Below are positions 61,356 through 64,000 of a stretch of 64,000 nt of DNA, in pieces (position 1 is the stretch's first letter; every line of letters starts with the position of its first letter). Source of the stretch: an uncultured delta proteobacterium (GTDB taxonomy: Bacteria; Desulfobacterota; Binatia; UBA9968). The stretch covers positions 32,001-96,000 of the forward strand of contig CAVXEP010000009.1 of assembly GCA_963760795.1 (NCBI GenBank), read 5' to 3'. The notes beneath the pieces were generated by a model that saw only the letters and a program-made list of their open reading frames with translations, was not told the origin of the DNA and ran no database searches. The translations under genes were made by a program, and so were the position numbers.

Positions 61356-64000
61356 ATGACTAATCTGCGCAAAATCATCATCGCCGTCGCCGTCCTATTA
61401 ACTGCCACGGCCATCGGCCTCGGCAGCCATTTCAAACGACTCGCCGATAGACACCGTGAACAGGTGCAGGTGGAACTGCGCCACCTGCTCGGCGATAGCG
61501 CGCGCTTCGACGGCCTCGATGTGCGGCTCTTGTGGCTGCCGGGATTCGTCGTGCGCGAATTTCGCATGGCCGACGACAGCCGCTTTGCCGCCACACCCTT
61601 CTTGAAAGCGCGCGAAATCATCCTCGGCCTCAGTCTGCGCCAACTCTTAACCGGCCGCATCGTCATCGATTCCGTCACTTTTGTTGGACCGGAAATGCAA
61701 ATCATCAGCGACGAAACCGGACTGCTCAATCTCAGTGTGCTCGCCAGCCAGAGAAAAGAGTTGGGGTCGCCCAGACGCCGTCCCGGCGCGCCGGGCGAGC
61801 GCCATAAAAGTAGCGTGCGCTTCGCCGTCGATGAACTCCGCGTCGACGACGGCCGAATCATTTATCTCGACCGCACGATCAAGGATCCCGCCGAGCTGCA
61901 ATTGCGCCGCATCGAGTTGCAGGTGCGCGGCCTCGATCTGGAGGAGCCCACTCGCGTGCGCGTGGCGGCAGCGCTGACCGAGGGCCTCGGCCAAGACCTG
62001 CACATCGAGGGTCTGCTGCACCGCGCCAAAGCCGATCAGAGTTGGTATCAGCGCGGCATGGATCTGAAGATTCAATTCGATTCGCTGCACGCGCCGATGG
62101 TCCTGCGCGCCTTCGCCGAGCTGCGCGAAAGAGTCCCGCGGGAGATTGACGTTACCGGCCCGATGGCGCTCCAAGCCCAAGCCGGCGGCAGCCTGCTGCA
62201 GCCGCGGCTTGACAACATTACATTGAAAATCCCGCTGTTCGGTTCCTCCGACTATAACGCCGTCATCACCGGCAAGATGGAGTTTACCGAGCAACGCACC
62301 TGGAGCGACGCCAAGCTCGACGGGCAATTAAAGATCGCGCCTTTGGCGCTCAGCCGGGCGCGCCTGTTGCCGGTGCTGCGCGACCACCTGCCCGAAGCCT
62401 TGGTCACCGAGGGTAGTGTCAACCTTTACAGCCGTTTCGAAGGCACCTGGAATCATCTGCGCATCGGCGCGCTGATACGCGCCGGAGATAGCGAAATCCG
62501 CTACGGCGACTGGCTGCGCAAACCGGCCAAAAGGGCGGCAGCGATCAAAGCGCGGCTATCGCGGCGCAACCAGCGTCTCACCATCCACGAATCCGAGCTC
62601 ACCCTTGGCGCGGCCAAGACGGTATTTTCCGGCGTGGTGCAAGACATCGACGCGCCCCGGTTGTATTTAAAATTGCGCGCCGAAGACGCTCCCCTCGCGC
62701 TCTGGACACCGCTCAGTAACGGCGCCGTCACGGCAAAATCCGGCCGCGCCAGCTGGCATCTCGCCATCGAACGGACACCGCCAGGGGCGCCAACGAATTG
62801 GCATATCGATGGCCAACTGACCATCGCGGATGGCGAAGTTCATGGCCGAGACAACCGCGGCAAGCTCGAACAATTGAACGGCCAGGTGACTTTTCTGGGC
62901 CAGCAGGCGCGCATCGAGCGCGCAACTTTCCGGTTGGGCGGCGCGCAGCTCTCGCTCACCGGTATCATGCCGAACCTTGCCGAGCCAAAGCTCGATTACC
63001 AACTAACCTCCCCGGAGATCGACTTAGCCGACGTGCCGGCTTTGGCGATCTCCCAGCCGCTGCGCTTGCAGCAGTTGAGCGTCAAGGGTCGGGTACAAAC
63101 TCAAGACAATGCGCTGAACATCGCCGGCGATGCGGCAGCGCTGCAAGGAAACTTCGACGGCTTTGCCGTGAGCGATTTTCGCTCAGCGTTCTCCTGGTCG
63201 GAGGCCGGGCTGCGTTTTAAGGACCTGACTTTTCGCGCCGCCCGGGGCTGGTTTCGTTCCGATGGCTTCCAAACGGCGGCCGCAGGAGCAAAAAGCGCGC
63301 GCTTGCAGGGCGTATCGGAAATCAAAACCGCCGACTTGCGGCCGTTGCTCGCGAGCTTCTTACCGCTGCTCAAAGATCGTCTCGACGGCAACCTCAGCGG
63401 CCAAACGCAGTACGATGTGCTGCTGGGCAAGAGCGACACGCTGGCGCAATCGCTCAAGGCCGCCGGCGATGCGACGATCCAGCACGGTGTCATCAAGGAC
63501 TTTAATTTATTGTCGCAGCTGCTCCTGCGCGGCAGCGGCTCCAGCGTCTCGGCGGAGGCCAAGGCGCGCCTGCCGGCCGCCCTGATCGAGCTCGCCAAAA
63601 ATGACGACACTCGCTTCGATACGCTCAAGTCCGATTTCACCGTCGACAAAGGCCGCATCAGCAGCGCCAACTTGATCCTCTCGACGCCGGACTATACCGT
63701 CACCGGCGCCGGCTGGTTCGCCTTCGACCGTACCACTCGATGGAACGGCCTGTTGGTGCTGTCGCTGCGCTTGACCCAGGAAATCCAACGGGACTATCGC
63801 TGGATCCGCCACATCCTCGACCGGCGCGGCCGCTTGGCGATCCCGTTTCGCATCGACGGCACCATACCCAACGTCAGGGTACGCATCGAGAACCGCAACT
63901 TGAGCCAAGTATTGCGCGGCTCGCAGCCGCGCGATAAAGATCGCGATAGCGGCGACGATCGCCCGCCTAAAGAAGAAAAGAGCTGGCTCCCCGACACCCT
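61356..64000 (+). CDS. AsmA-family protein (runs off the window end; not in the ORF track)
   Basis: Hand translation MTNLRKIIIAVAVLLTATAIGLG..FRMADDSRFAATPFLKAREIILGLSLRQLLTGRIVIDSV; near the end TRFDTLKSDFTVDKGRISS..GAGWF..IPFRIDGTIPN, a beta-taco AsmA pattern. Confidence 0.8.
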   Translation, partial: MTNLRKIIIAVAVLLTATAIGLGSHFKRLADRHREQVQVELRHLLGDSARFDGLDVRLLWLPGFVVREFRMADDSRFAATPFLKAREIILGLSLRQLLTGRIVIDSVTFVGPEMQIISDETGLLNLSVLASQRKELGSPRRRPGAPGERHKSSVRFAVDELRVDDGRIIYLDRTIKDPAELQLRRIELQVRGLDLEEPTRVRVAAALTEGLGQDLHIEGLLHRAKADQSWYQRGMDLKIQFDSLHAPMVLRAFAELRERVPREIDVTGPMALQAQAGGSLLQPRLDNITLKIPLFGSSDYNAVITGKMEFTEQRTWSDAKLDGQLKIAPLALSRARLLPVLRDHLPEALVTEGSVNLYSRFEGTWNHLRIGALIRAGDSEIRYGDWLRKPAKRAAAIKARLSRRNQRLTIHESELTLGAAKTVFSGVVQDIDAPRLYLKLRAEDAPLALWTPLSNGAVTAKSGRASWHLAIERTPPGAPTNWHIDGQLTIADGEVHGRDNRGKLEQLNGQVTFLGQQARIERATFRLGGAQLSLTGIMPNLAEPKLDYQLTSPEIDLADVPALAISQPLRLQQLSVKGRVQTQDNALNIAGDAAALQGNFDGFAVSDFRSAFSWSEAGLRFKDLTFRAARGWFRSDGFQTAAAGAKSARLQGVSEIKTADLRPLLASFLPLLKDRLDGNLSGQTQYDVLLGKSDTLAQSLKAAGDATIQHGVIKDFNLLSQLLLRGSGSSVSAEAKARLPAALIELAKNDDTRFDTLKSDFTVDKGRISSANLILSTPDYTVTGAGWFAFDRTTRWNGLLVLSLRLTQEIQRDYRWIRHILDRRGRLAIPFRIDGTIPNVRVRIENRNLSQVLRGSQPRDKDRDSGDDRPPKEEKSWLPDT

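Overview
GC-rich bacterial chromosome segment. The gene content (many orphan solute-binding proteins, LigXa/phthalate-type Rieske oxygenases, ComD/ComE-like pairs, REP-like repeats) resembles Candidatus Binatia and related deltaproteobacteria; this is inference only. About 17 genes carry single-base frameshifts, most likely long-read indel errors. Layout: (1) sigma54 activator plus two response regulators; (2) lignin-type aromatic catabolism (2 Rieske oxygenases, RraA/HMG aldolase, DesZ/LigZ-like dioxygenase, Zn-dependent dehydrogenase); (3) a divergent pair of coiled-coil genes, one with a sigma54 promoter and one with a TM/coiled-coil/TM/SH3 architecture; (4) a 14 kb minus-strand catabolic cluster (Rieske, UbiD, DapA-like, two ComD/ComE-like ThDP pairs, Mo-hydroxylase, TctC); (5) tRNA-Val(CAC) with mobile-element remnants; (6) an operon of signal-peptide-bearing Rid, MBL-fold and amidohydrolase paralogs; (7) an accessory stretch with a DUF433/PIN toxin-antitoxin pair, a CDF transporter, DUF4238 and a CxxU selenoprotein gene with a SECIS-like hairpin that the ORF track missed; (8) a His-rich methyltransferase with an EVE protein, a LigJ-like hydratase, a tandem I9-like protein, DUF885, nfo, VIT, ahpC, TetR, a paaFGHJ-like operon and an AsmA-family gene running off the end. 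All protein calls are by motif recognition; no searches were run.
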